64,000 nt of DNA. Source: the human T2T-CHM13v2.0 reference genome, Homo sapiens. The stretch lies in NCBI RefSeq assembly GCF_009914755.1, contig NC_060932.1. One strand, 5' to 3'. The translations under genes were made by a program, and so were the position numbers. The stretch's first letter is position 1; each line of letters starts with the position of its first letter. Shown here piece by piece: positions 10,975-24,870 of this stretch. The notes under the pieces were generated by a model. The model was not told the origin of the DNA. It searched no databases and worked only from the letters and a program-made list of their open reading frames with translations.

Positions 10975-13900
10975 AAGTTTATCCATTCATTCCATAAGCA
11001 GGGATTGACCACCTCATTCTCTTCAGGGCAATTTGCTTGGTGCCACAGTTACCCTTGAAGTTCCTTTTCATGGAGAGTTGGATGTTGTCTTTGAATTTAT
11101 AACAACCAATTAAGACAAAAGCATGATTATAAAGAGGGCCTTAAAGCAGAGAGAGCTTCAGATCCCACAACTGAAAGGTGTACTCTTTCCTTAAAAATGT
11201 TATAAATCATATAAAAATTTATTCTTCTTTAGTTGTTTATCTCTTAAATACCTAAGTATCCTTGTTCAGTACAATGTTTAAATATGGTCAGCAAATAAAC
11301 TTTGAACAAACTTATCTTGAATTAATAGAAGATTGAAGAGATAAATATTTGAGCTATTGAGACTTGGTATTAGAAAATTGAACTTTATTCTTTTGCATTT
11401 TCTTTCAAGAAACATTCATTATTTCTACTAGTAACTGAAAAAAATATTCCAAGTAGCATTGTGTTGAGGATTCCACCTCTAAACTGATTTCAGAAACTGT
11501 GAATCATAGAGGATTTTCAAGTGCAGTAATGAGGATATTAGCAAGCTTGGTTGGCTTGTGTTGGCAAAATAAAAGTGGTTCATAAGTAATATTAATTGCT
11601 TTTAAATGAGAACGTAACAACTTGGCCTGAGCCTAGAAAAAAATGATGGTGAAAATATTAAAATTAGACTTAAAATAGTTTCAGAGTTAGTGGCTAGACA
11701 GTAATCTCCTCTATAAAATTCATTTTCATTAGGAGTTTAATTTACATCATTTTGCATCATGAATTATTTAAACATTAAGGGGAAGTGACAAGTAGCAGTT
11801 ATAAGACAAATACAGAGCTGCGAGAAAACAGCTTGTCTTGTTATTGACAACATATTGATTCATAACACTAAATGTGGTGATGTGTCATTTCAATTTGAAT
11901 AGGCCACTTTACCTCTTGCATTGTCAAACTGAAGCAGCATTACCTAAAAGTGTGTCCTTATTCTAGGTTAAGGAGGTTAAAAGTTAAAGGTTAAGGTTAG
12001 CTTAGAAGCATCATCTGCCTGGCTGCTTGACTTGAAACTGATCAATGTAATGAAAATCTGTTTTACAGATGTTGTTTTTAATATATTTGGCAGGATTTAG
12101 GCAGCTTTAACATTAGATGTATGCTAGTAAAAAATATTTATTTATTTAACCAGAACAACACCTTTCCTTTTATATTTAAGGTAGAAGGCTTGTGGGTTAT
12201 GGTATTTTGGCAAAGAACCCAGAGGCAGAATGTGTTGATGATCTTTCCATATGGACTCAAAAAAAAGAATACCTTTATGCCTATTGCTAATGATGACTGC
12301 AAAAACAAACAAAGCTATATTCATTTTTGGCAGCATTATTTTCCATAGAATTTTTTTAAAAGCAATTTTGTTACTGTTAAGAAAATCTTACCCATTTCTT
12401 CAAGTGAGAGTCTCTGAAGTGCTAAGCACTACTAAATTTGGACTTTTCCTCCAGAAATTTGATTGATGAAACAAAATTGCTCTAGGAAAATAAAACAATA
12501 AGATGAAACTGAAGATTGCCCATAATCTTTACTTTTAATGTTTGAATATGTATTCAAAGTGAGATTAATAAATACAAAATATATAGCTAGCTACAATCAA
12601 TCTTGCAAAGTGAATGTGTGTGTCTGTGTGTGTATAAAACAGCAGTTTTTCAGCTAACCCATTTATTAGATTTAATTATATTCTTCTAATTTCATGTGTT
12701 CCTATTCTTTACAAATTTTAGTCAGTTGATAAAATAATTGGTTCTCAATAAATATTTGTAGAATGAGTGATGGATTAACGAATCAACTAAGGAACAAATT
12801 AAAGAAACTCCTTTACTTCCAGCCTTTATTTTTCAAAAATGCACTGTAATTTTGTCTACCCCTTAAATGATCTCCAACTTCTTCTAAAGAGTCTAGTAAA
12901 AAGATATAATGAAAACCACAGAGCACTACACGTTCAAATTGAGGAAGAACAAATGAAACTGGCAATATTTCAGATTTACAGTTTAGTTTGTTCTTGGCTC
13001 AGTATGGCCAAGACTTTTCTGGCCAGCTGATTGGTCTAACCACCATTCAGTGCAGGACATAGAAATACTCTTGCTGCATCTGTACTTCGGCTGCTCTTTT
13101 AATATTATATGTATTTATAAGTGAGGTGTTCACAGCTTTGCTTGTTCAAAGTCAAAGCCTTAATTATACTACCTCTTTTTTTCCTTCCTGCATCTGCTAG
13201 TAGTGAAGCAGAGTAGTCTGTCTGAATTCCATAATGCCTTTTTCATATTTGGATATCAAATTGACTGAAAGCAGTGAACAAATTGCCTGTCTCCATGGTG
13301 AGCAAAGGAACACACTTGGGATTTAGTCCTAGGTAACTTTTAGTGTAACATTCCCCCGTGGAGCATTTTTTGGGTTTTTCTCATTATCCATGTTATGGAT
13401 TAAAGAATCCTGGTTAAGAACTAAAATCAAGGTGTTGGGGAGGCCCACAGAGGAGAATGCAAGGAGGCATATTGGGAACAGTATGTGTAAAGGAAATTTA
13501 AAAAATGGAATAATTAGGTTCATCTACCTTTTTGTGCCTTTTTTTTTCTTAGTAGGAAATAATAACCCGATCAGTTTGGAATTAACAGTCACAGGTATTT
13601 TCATTTCAATAGGCCTGAATCCAACTTTGCAATTTAAAATCAAATATACGAGATATGTACCATTTCAATTATTGAACTGTCATTGTCCCGGTGTGATGGT
13701 AAAGGAAGTCAGGAGATTGTGTGGTACACATTTACATAAAAGTCATTGTGTGAAAAAAAATTGGAATATGTGTGTGTATCTAAGAAACCAAAACAAGTTT
13801 TTCTTAATCTTATTCTAGTCATTTGTTTAGATGAAGAAAGCTGTTTTCAGAGATAAACAAAAGTTATTCTTTTCTGTTACTAAACATTAACCTGAATATG

Positions 13901-14405
13901 AAAATCTTTGCACTTTTGTATTAGTTTCAGATTTATGTTCATTTCAAGGTTGAAATGCAGTGTGAAATTTAATTCCAGTTGCAGGATTTGTTTTAAAAAA
14001 AAACTAATCACAGTTCAAATTATTCTATTGTATTCTTATATAAATAGACAGGGCAGAGATTGAAAAAAAACAGTTTCTCTAGTAGAATAGTACATACTTG
14101 CATAATACTTATAACTTATAAATACATGGATTAAATAAAGAGGAGTTGGTTTGCTAATAGCAACTAATAAATCCCTGGTGTTTTCAGAACAAATGCAATT
14201 GGCCAGCCCTATCAACTATGTCTACTTCTGTTTTTAAGCTTGACTTTTGCTGAAGCACGGCTATGTGTTATAACATGGCTACTTCAGCACAAATATGGAC
14301 TTTCTCACTGCATTCACATGTCAAGTAATATATTACATTGTGAGCTGAGAACCCTCTTTGTACCATACCAGAAAAGAAAAGTGACGAAAAATCTGTCAAT
14401 CAAAG

Positions 14406-14420
14406 GATAGAGAGATAGAT

Positions 14421-14464
<44 letters not shown>

Positions 14465-14484
14465 GATAGACAGATAGATAGATA
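14406..14484. repeat. Compound (GATA)n tetranucleotide STR
   Basis: gata run with gaga/gaaa/gat/gaca variant units. Confidence 0.95.
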
Positions 14485-15033
14485 TCAATCCCTAGGAAGA
14501 TTGACTAAGACCAGGTATTAGCAACTTACTACATCCATGTCAGGATAGATAGAATGATTTTTATTGTGTGAAATTGTTATCAAACCCAGACAAAATTTAA
14601 AGAAAGCAAAGTGTGTTATTAGAACCCACCTACTCTATTTTCTGTATGTCTTTTCTTAACCAACGCCACCGTCTGCCTACACATCAGGAAAATACTCTTA
14701 TGCTCTTTTCTGTTTTCCTGAAATCCTTACTGTTTTACCCCACCTAGGTCTTCTCTTCATGGAAATATCCCATGTTGCAAGATTACCTATCTAATTCCCC
14801 ACAGAAAACTAGCGTTCTTTTAATTAAGGGGAATGAAGCCTTTTTATAAAAGCAGAGTCGTGCCTCCAAAGGTGTAATTGACTTAGAAGTCTTTTTCAGC
14901 GTGCATTTTTTAAAAAGGAACTGCCTGATCTGGAGGAATTTCTAATGTTTGTGTGGAGTGGAGTGATTATGTCAGGGATTGGGGTTAGGTAGGGCAGTGC
15001 CCCTTCTTAAGAGCTTTCTTCATTTACTCCTGA

Positions 15034-15110
15034 ACACACACACACACACACGACCACCACCACCACCGCCACGTACCACCACCACCACCACAACAACAAC
15101 ACACCACACC
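15034..15110. repeat. Compound (CA)n-(CCA)n-(CAA)n simple repeat
   Basis: Read directly. Confidence 0.85.
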
Positions 15111-16320
15111 TCAGAAACAGAGTCAATTTGGCACCCCCATTCATGTCAACTCCTACTTTATGATTTACATTACATTTTTTTGTGTAACTTGTGTTCATTC
15201 TATTTCATGTGAAGTGCAGGTATGATTTAATCAAAAGAGCTAAATTGCTCATTTATCACCCACCCTGAGGTCATTTAGGTAATGCAGACAAAGGTGTTCT
15301 CTCATAATTAATGTGCTCTCCCTGTGTGTTTCTGTGGCTTAAATGTAATAGTCCCCGTCATTGGAGCTTGTTTAAAATTGCTGAGATGTTCAAGTGGGTG
15401 TTGGGACGCCATGCCATAATGCAGTGAAAGTCATATGTTAACCAGGCCTCACACTGCTGAAAGGGTCTTGGCCCTGGGTGGAGTGAGGAGGAGCTGGCAT
15501 GTGTATAATGACCGTGGTTCTGCTTCCAGAACATCTGGACTTCCTGAACTTTGCTGGAAATGTTGCTGGAAATTCAAGCCTTAAAAGGTGCTTTCTGCCT
15601 GCCCCCCAAATTATCAGCCTATTCCAGGAGAGCGTATGGGAGGATTTGATTTGTTTGAAAGGTGAAGGACAGGCATGGAGGCACAGCCACCAATAACCGT
15701 GAGGAAACACCTTCACAGATTCTATAACTCAAGAGGATGGCGATTAGTATAACAGTCACAAAGGCCACCATTCTGTTAGCAGAATACACAGACGATATCT
15801 CAATTTTTACTTCTGGTAAATATAGAAGCACTTATTGAACACTTACTATGTGAAAGGTTTTGAAGTGTCTGGTATGGTGGCTGTGTCCCATTGATGTGAT
15901 GGAATATAAGCCATCTTTCTAAGTGCTGCTCAGAGACAAAGAGTTTTCTAAGGTGATACTTCCTAACTCATTCTGCTCACCAATATTATGGGTTACATTT
16001 GGTGCTTAGATGTCGGGGACATTAAAGTTGTTCAGAGTTAAATCTATGGACGTAGTCATCAAGAGTTTCCATGCATTTTTTCAGCAATGTTTAGTCAAAG
16101 GGCTGCATGTGAGTGGTCTTTTGAGTCATCAGTAGATGTAGTATAATGTCACTTCTGTGTCTTCACTTACTTTTATTGCCCTATTGCATAGCAAGACTTT
16201 ATTTATCAGTTTTAGACAACGATTATGGTGGGAACTTGAGGGCAGGATAGAGCTTTTCTACTAGTTAGGACATATATGTAGTTTTCAAACATGAGGATGT
16301 TGCTACTAATGCATCTCCTA

Positions 16321-16672
<352 letters not shown>

Positions 16673-17519
16673 TTACAACTACCATCCACCCCTTTAAATA
16701 ACCAGGATAAAAATGTGGTATAACTCTTGGGAAACCTCTGTAAATTCAATTTACAATAAGGTCAATGAAAGTACTGCTTAAAGATACATTATTGTAATGA
16801 CCAGTTACAGTGTTATTATCACAGATAAAAACAGTTGTTGTGACCATATTTTATTTCACTTGGTTTTACACCATTTTATTAACATTTTATTTTCCTTATC
16901 TTTAAGGAAATTTTGTAATCTTGAACTTACATAAATTAAATGTGCATACATAAATATTAAAGTGTATGGAGATCATATTCTTTTGATTTAGAATTTCCTA
17001 TAGACTTTATTTCATTGTAAGTACTAGCATAAAATATACATTTCTCTCTTCTGTTGCTTAAGGGGTTAGTGTTAGGACTATATTTTTCCATCAAGCAATT
17101 TTTAAGGAGTAGTGCAGAGAAAGGTTATGATTGAAGAACTATTTGTTCCTCGATATCTGCTAATAAAATTATTGGAATGCAGGGCTGAATGTGGGAAGAA
17201 ATGATCTATTGATAAATCCAACTGTAACAGTTAACTCCAGTTTGGGAGGAAAGCTTTTAAAGCTTTAAAATAATGATTTGTAGTCTATGATTACATGTCC
17301 TTTTGCAAGAAGGCCTCATTTATCGATAGAGTTGGCAATTTACTATCTATATAAAATTTATGGGATATTCAGAAGAATTTTACAAAAAAAAACCCTCCTG
17401 ATGCCAGATAATCTGTCAACAGTGAACCCATATTGACAATTGACTTACTTATTTATTGCCTTTTACAATGGCATTACTTTTTGGAGAGAACATACTTACA
17501 ATAATCATGTAAGTTAAAT

Positions 17520-17680
17520 TCTTTGTGTACATTACTTCACATACTTTTCCTAACAGCCATATGCTATTATTATACTCTGACATATGAGGAAACAGATTCA
17601 GAGAAAAACACCTTGCTTGAGTCCTTATAGATAGTAAGAGGCTGGGCTGGAATTCTAACCTTGGCCTCTTTTCAGCTTAT
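17520..17680 (-). mobile_element. MIR fragment
   Basis: ctattattatactctgacatatgaggaaacagattcagaga resembles the reverse complement of the MIR core. Confidence 0.6.
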
Positions 17681-18096
17681 GCCCCTAGCCCACATTAATA
17701 AGGTTTTTTAATTAAGAAGACTTCTATATTTGAGGATAGGAAGAGCAGGTTATGGGAAAGTAGCCCATTTTCACTTCTTCAAGCAAGCAGATTTTCTTAA
17801 AGGTATTGCAGATGTAGTAAGAGCTGGCTGGTAGGTTTGTGCACATGAATGTAGTCTACTGAGATGATGAACTTAAACCCACTGGGTCACCTATGAACAG
17901 GAAGGAGAAACTGTTGTTAAAATTGTTAGCTGCTGTATGTCCTGGGATGACAGAGATTTTTAAAAGTCTTCCTTTTACTGGCATGTTTGGGTATTTGGTA
18001 TATTAAATAGAAAGGACTAATAGAATATTTATCACTTCTAGTGCCTGAGCTCTCAGTGTTTGCAAGTTAAGCACCTTTGGAAGCTGCATTAATTCA

Positions 18097-18154
18097 TTCA
18101 GGTCACCAGGGTACCTCAGCAGTAATGCACTAAATGGTACCCTGCTGACCTGAA
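18097..18154. repeat. Inverted repeat, 19-bp arms (1 mismatch), 20-nt spacer
   Basis: ttcaggtcaccagggtacc ... ggtaccctgctgacctgaa. Confidence 0.9.
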
Positions 18155-18732
18155 AGAGGGAATGTGCCTCCCTAAGCATTTAACTTACTACACAAGAACA
18201 ACTGAAGCACAATCTACTCACTGCCTAGAACCTGAGTCTCTTTCTCCTTCTCCTGGTTTCCTTACAACTACTGGAGGAAGTTGTATTCACTTGCTACTTC
18301 TTAGGATTTAAAAAAATCATCTTGTTTTGAATTATTATTATTATTATCTTAATTTTATCTTCTACATCTTACTTTGATCCATTTTAGTTACAAGACTCGA
18401 GGGATTTTCTCTCCATCATATGTTGATAATACACTCTTTTCCTCTCTCCTCCTCAAAATTCTGCTAATGATTTCAATGTAAAGCCCAAAGTCTTGATAGA
18501 ACTACTTGTATTAACTGGACTTAGAGATGTTTGGAGAAATCTTGCCTCCCTGAATCTGGGTACCTGATCCGGCAGAAAATTGTCAGTCACTGACATTGCT
18601 GCAGTTGACCACATCTATTAAAGAATGTTCATTTACTGGAAAGTAAGAATAGTTGTAGCTTGGCATAACAGAATTGTTAACAGCATGGAAACTCCCAATA
18701 ACTATGGTTGATGTGTGTAAAGCATGTAAAGA

Positions 18733-19053
<321 letters not shown>

Positions 19054-20078
19054 TGATAACTGTAATGTGCAGTATTTTTTATAGACTTAAAATATTTCTA
19101 ACTATTCGTTTGGCAGGCCTGAGAATAACACTAGCATATATCCTTAGGGTCTAAAATCATTCATTGTTCAATTGTGAAAAATCAGGTAGCAAGTCTAATT
19201 GCCGACACCTCTGAAAGAGAGTCAATTTACAAGACATCTCCTTTCAACTCAACATACATTCAGCACTTACTACTGAGTAACAGCGTAGGTGGTATCAGAG
19301 ATGGAGAAGGAGGAAAATAATTCCCAATTTTTAAACCAAATAGTGTTTTTTTGAAAAAGATTGACATGCTAAAATGGGAATTATATAAAACCAGAATTTG
19401 CCTTTTAGAATTTATTTTATTTAATGAATTTACAACACATGATAAAGGGAGAAAATTCTCTCTTGTTTACTATGTGAAGTCAAATATCACTATTCTTTAA
19501 ACAGAAATCCTGTGATATCTTTTGAGAAGAAATGTGTCTAAAGGCAATTTCTGGTTTATTATTTTTTAGTTTATGATTTTTATTAGAAAATTAGGTAATT
19601 TAAAAAACCCGCACATTTGGATGGAATAGAAGTACCAAATTTTTCCATGATGAGTATTTCCTGAGAAAATACTCCCCAGTTTCATAACTGAATTCCTTAA
19701 AAATAGGTGCAAGGGGAATTTACAAATTACTTTTTTTCAGAGAAAAATAGTCTTGGCTCTCTTAATTCTGTAAATATTAGAAAAACTAAAATGAGATTTT
19801 TGAAGAGCTGTTTAATTTTTAGAGCATCAATTCTTAACATGAAGGTAGAGCTACTCTCTTTAAGTCACAAAATGAGAAAATCTCTTCCTGATTATCCTAT
19901 TGCTCAGTTTTTTTCCACATTTCCTTAGATGTATGTTTTAAATGTCTGGTATAATGTTTAGTTGTAAGTTGCTGTTCCATGTACCAGGTCACTCTGAATT
20001 ATGACTACCCCCTTAATTACAGCAGCTTGATAATGTGTTGGCAAATCATTGATAAAGAAGAAAGTACACTGAAATTGA

Positions 20079-20079
<1 letters not shown>

Positions 20080-20117
<38 letters not shown>
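20080..20117. repeat. (CA)19 microsatellite
   Basis: Read directly. Confidence 0.95.
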
Positions 20118-20119
<2 letters not shown>

Positions 20120-20297
20120 CTTTTCCAAAAAGTGAACAATTTAATTCTTTCAATGAATGTAGAACATGGATCTATTCCGATCTCCTGTGTTAGATGATAA
20201 AAAAAAGACCAAATGCCAGTACCTCAATTATATTTTCCATATATATCCAAGAAGACCTATTATTTTTTTTTGTCCAAACTTCCTTGGGATGAATTGC

Positions 20298-20298
<1 letters not shown>

Positions 20299-20334
<36 letters not shown>

Positions 20335-20350
20335 GGAGAGAGAGAGAAGA
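20299..20350. repeat. (TG)13 followed by (AG)n
   Basis: Read directly. Confidence 0.9.
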
Positions 20351-21120
20351 ATGAGAATAGAATATATAAAAATGTATTAAAATTGATGAAGATTATGGGT
20401 TAATCATTAATGCCCTGTATTTTGTTTTAAAGTAGATCACAGAAATCTCTTCCTGCACAATGTAAGGGTTCTCAGTTCCTAGAGATAATAAACCTTTGAT
20501 GATGTTGTGCAAGACTCGTCAAGAAGCACTGAAATCAGTTCTGTATGTACACATGACTAATCAAAGGATCAGAGAACAGGATATGATTTGCTAAAAGTGA
20601 TAGTTTCTCCAAAAAGCAAATGGCCTTGCTAATTGTGGGAGGACAGTAAGCCTTTTTTTTTTCTACAAAAGACAAGTCCTGCTCCCAACCTTGGAGTAGA
20701 TATGCTTTTGCAAAGGCTTTAGTACTAAGTATTTTTAAAAAATATTTTAAAAGTAAAGTGCTTCTGAAATTACTGTCTACCTAATTAACACTCTGCTCTT
20801 TTATTTGGTCTTAAAGATATAATAGATACCACAAGATTCTTAGATTTAGAGACATCCTTGAAATTCAGAGTATTAGGTAACCCAAACAAGTATCTTCTTA
20901 AACTGACCGACTGTCAGATGTTCATAGTGGGAAAATGATGAAATAAGATGGCAATCCCAATATTGAAGTATGCAGTTCTATAGGAAAATGTGACTGAAAG
21001 TTTTAAGAAAGCAGTTCTGCATTAGAAAGGGAAAGGACTAAAGTGATATGCTACAAAATCTACCATGTTGAGAGTACAGTGAATCTTGAGACCATTGTCT
21101 TCTGCTTTGCCTCCACTTCA

Positions 21121-21685
21121 TTTTTTTATTTGCAACAATTCTATTGAAATATAATTCATATGCCATTCAACTAATCCATTTAAAGGATACAATTCAATAA
21201 TTTTTATAATTTCTACAGAATTATGCAGCCATTACCACAATTGATTTTAGAATATTTTCATCATCCCAAGAAGAAATCCTGTACTGTTTCAGCTTCCCAC
21301 CCTTATCCCCAATCCTCCCTTCTCCGGCCCTAGGCAATCACTAATTGCTTTTTGTCTCTATAGATTTGCCTGTTCTGGACATTTCATATAGATGGAATCA
21401 TAGTATATGGGGTCCTTTGTGACTAGCTTCTTTCACTTAGCATAATGTTTTTAAGGTTCATCTGTGCAGTAGCATGTATCAGCAGTTCATTCCTTTTTAT
21501 TACCAAATTTTCATTGCATAGGTATAGTACACTTTATTTATACCCCATTAATTGCTGGACATTTGGGTCGTTTCCACTTGTTGTCTATTATGGAAAATGA
21601 TGCTATGAACATTTATATACAAGGTTTTGTGTGGACATATGCTCTCTTTTCTCTTAGGGTATATACATAGCAGTGAAACAGCTGG
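21121..21685 (-). mobile_element. L1M (L1MB-like) 3' end fragment
   Basis: Typical antisense L1M 3'UTR: tattgaaatataattcatatgccat..., ctggacatttcatatagatggaatcata, cttctttcacttagcataatgtttttaaggttcatc. Confidence 0.85.
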
Positions 21686-21864
21686 ATTGACAGTCAATAA
21701 TATTAACTGGATTCACATTACTGCCGTCTGTTCTTAATTTTTGCCTGATTTGTTCCTTCTCCCCTGTCCTTTAAAGAATACTTCACATTTTTATCATTCT
21801 CTCAATGTCTCTTATCCATCTTCTGTTCTTCTCTGACTGACTAGCTCAGTTAAGAAAATTGATG

Positions 21865-22125
21865 GTAGCATATGTTGAGCACTTATTTGGTGTCATGATA
21901 ATATCCTAAGTTCTTCAAATATATATACTTATTTAATTCTCACAGCAATTCTATTAGATTAGCTACTATTATTATACCCATTTTGAAGATGAGGAAACTA
22001 AGGCAATGAAATCTTAATTTATATAAGGTCACATAGCTAGTAGTAACAGTGATAACTCAGTCAGGACTTGAACTCAGACTGTCTGGTTCAGCACCCACGT
22101 TGTTAAATAGAACACTTTATTACAG
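21865..22125 (-). mobile_element. MIR
   Basis: attattatacccattttgaagatgaggaaactaaggc ... aaggtcacatagctagtagt ... ggacttgaactcag. Confidence 0.85.
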
Positions 22126-24719
22126 TGAGATGCTGCCTAGAGAGGGGATACCTGGAAGGGAAGGCCCTGTTTGTGGCAGAAGGGGATGGGAATACAGGTG
22201 CAACTGTAATAGTTGGTCTTTGAGGGGGACATGTATCTCCTGAGGCAGGAAGAAAAGAATGAATGATGAGAAAGGTAAAGATTTAGAGTCTTTTGAAGGA
22301 GGAGAAGTGAGGGCTGACAAATTAGAAAAATCACTCATACCAGTATGTAGGCTTTAGTTCTTTATAAAGTCTGAATGTGAATCATTTATTTGGTTCATAC
22401 TATGTTCTTTGAAAAACATCTACAAACTGAATTTGCTATATTTGTAGGAATGAAAAAATTGGTACATTTATGACAGCTTAAATCTACTTAAGTATATGTT
22501 GTTTGATGTTCTAGTAATACAGAGAGGCTTATTTATCCTAATTGATTAAAAATGCCCTGTTCTGGGCCCCAAGGCAAATGAGACAGACACAAAGGGAAAA
22601 ACTGGAGAGCTTCTCCCCGTCCTCAAGAAGCTCATCAGTTTTAAGAAGCAAATACCTTATACTTTTTCTCTGTGCTTTATTTTTTCTTGTAAGTTGTCCC
22701 TGTTCACAGCTTTCCTGAATTCCAGAAGTTTGTAAGGACATTTTTAGTGCTTTATATAACACATTTTTGTAGTGTTTAGTCCTTTGTATCATTTAGAGAA
22801 TTAATATTTAGATTTCTTGTGGTATTTGGGGAAAAATTAGATTTCTGATTTGCAGAACTTTGATAAAGAGTGTCTCTGTGTTTCCATACCAATAAAGATG
22901 TTGTCACATTGTTGAAAAATAATGTACAGTAACAGTATAATTGGAGTCTTCTCTCTCTTTCACCACCACCTCTCCACCCATGTGATGTTTGTGACCGTAT
23001 GTATGATTTTTATGTTTTCATAATAGTAAGTATATGGATGAACCTAAATATTTCCTGGTACTTTTCTTGCTAACTGACAGGATTTTTTTTTCTTTTTATG
23101 AGTATAAAAGTATGAATATGCCTCTTTCTCATATCTGATGTAATATTCGATGTTGAAAGTCTTACTATTTTATCTATTGCTATTTCAGGCCTAATCCTAT
23201 TTGTTTCAAACAGTTACTAATGTTTCTTGAAGTTTTCAATTTCTGGAGATCTTCATGTGGCTGATTGACATGGGTATGATGAGATCAATCAAGGGCTACC
23301 AATGTTCCTACTGTCAGAACATTATCATTGTGTAATTTTTTCTTTCTGTTTTACTGTTAAAATGAGTTAAGGGGAAATTATGCAAGAAAACATGATAAGC
23401 TCCTATACCATATCACATGCTAAAAGATTCTCTGCATCAGCTTTCTTGAGTCTGTAACACAGTAAAACTGAAAGATTGACTGCCTACTTCAGTATTTATG
23501 TCTATGAACACTTGATGAGCCTAATAAGCTTTAATGAGGTGGGTATCAATTTTTGATATCCTCCCATTATTAATATACTGAGGATGGAACATGGTGGGAG
23601 GGTATAGGGGAATGTCTCAGAGAAAGAGAGTGAAAAATATACACAAATACCTGCCTATATCTTTCTGTAACTCAAGAAAAGTTTAAAACAAGGTTAGGTA
23701 TTTTCTATCTTAAGGTGTCCAACTGACTTTCTCACTTTTTATGTGTTTTTTTTTTGCAAGAATTTCTGTACCTTAGTTAATATATTAGTAAATGGAGAAA
23801 AAACACTCCACTGAGTTCTGTAGATCTTAATTGAGGTGCAAAAATAGCTTTGAAAAAAAAGGGATTCTGAGATGAAAGCTTTCCTTATGTGTGGAAAATA
23901 TTACTCATGTCTTGTCAGTACATCCACTCTATTGGTGTTGCGTTTTGGACTTGGAGATAACTTCTGCTTTTTTATTATTGGTAAGGCACTTTATTTTTAA
24001 ATTTCTGTAAGTGTACTTGGTTACACTATTATATCTAGGACTTGTCATTCCTGAAAAGCCATTCTTAACTTTATCTCCCCAATTGGCCTTCAATTGAAAT
24101 TTGCTTTGAAGAGGAATGTAGCCATACTCATCAACTTGAAAAGCAGTGAATGTAGCTCGTAGAAAATAACTATTTGTGTATTCTTTTATGTTTTAACTTC
24201 AATATACATTCTTTCTTAGAAGTTTTCCCACAGAAAAGGAACTGTGTATTACACTTTTAAATACCAGTTTTCAAGTCAGCCAAGTGTGAATTTGCAAATG
24301 AGCAGTAGTAAGTGATGCTCACAGCTGAAAAATGAATGTGTAAAGTTTCTGTATCTGGCATTACTTTCCTTTTGCCTTTGGTATGATACAACAATTTTTT
24401 CATCTATAAAATGGGCTCTGAGTTACCATTAGAATTAGAAGATTAGCATTCACTTAATGCTCTTTGAGATCTAGTCCAAACTTAATCACTTCTGCAGTTC
24501 TAAGAGCTGAGATTATGCTGAGCTTTAACAGGTATCTCATCTTAAATTACTGATTTAATTACATATGTCAGGTTGCTTGTTTCCCATTGTTTTGCTTAAT
24601 CCATGAATATATGTTTATTTGTTTTTCTTATAAACAGGAAGCAGAGTAAAAATTATGTAGGGAAAAATAACTAAATATCTCTTAATTCCCTTGCTTTTTT
24701 TTTTTAACTTATTTGATTA

Positions 24720-24870
24720 CTCATTTCATGTATTCATTCATTGAGAGCCCACTCTCCCAGACTCTATGCTAGGAAATAAGGATATGGTGTCAAGCAGGAT
24801 GGACATAGGCTTTGCTCTGGGGGAGTTTGTGGTTTAGTGGAGGAGACAGTAAAGCATTAAACATATACTC
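24720..24870 (-). mobile_element. L2 3' end fragment
   Basis: ttcattcattgagagcccactctcccagactctatgctagg resembles the antisense L2 tail. Confidence 0.65.

Noticed and set aside
13390-13818. 142-aa intronic ORF
   Set aside because: Composition typical of AT-rich noise; no family resemblance or splice support.
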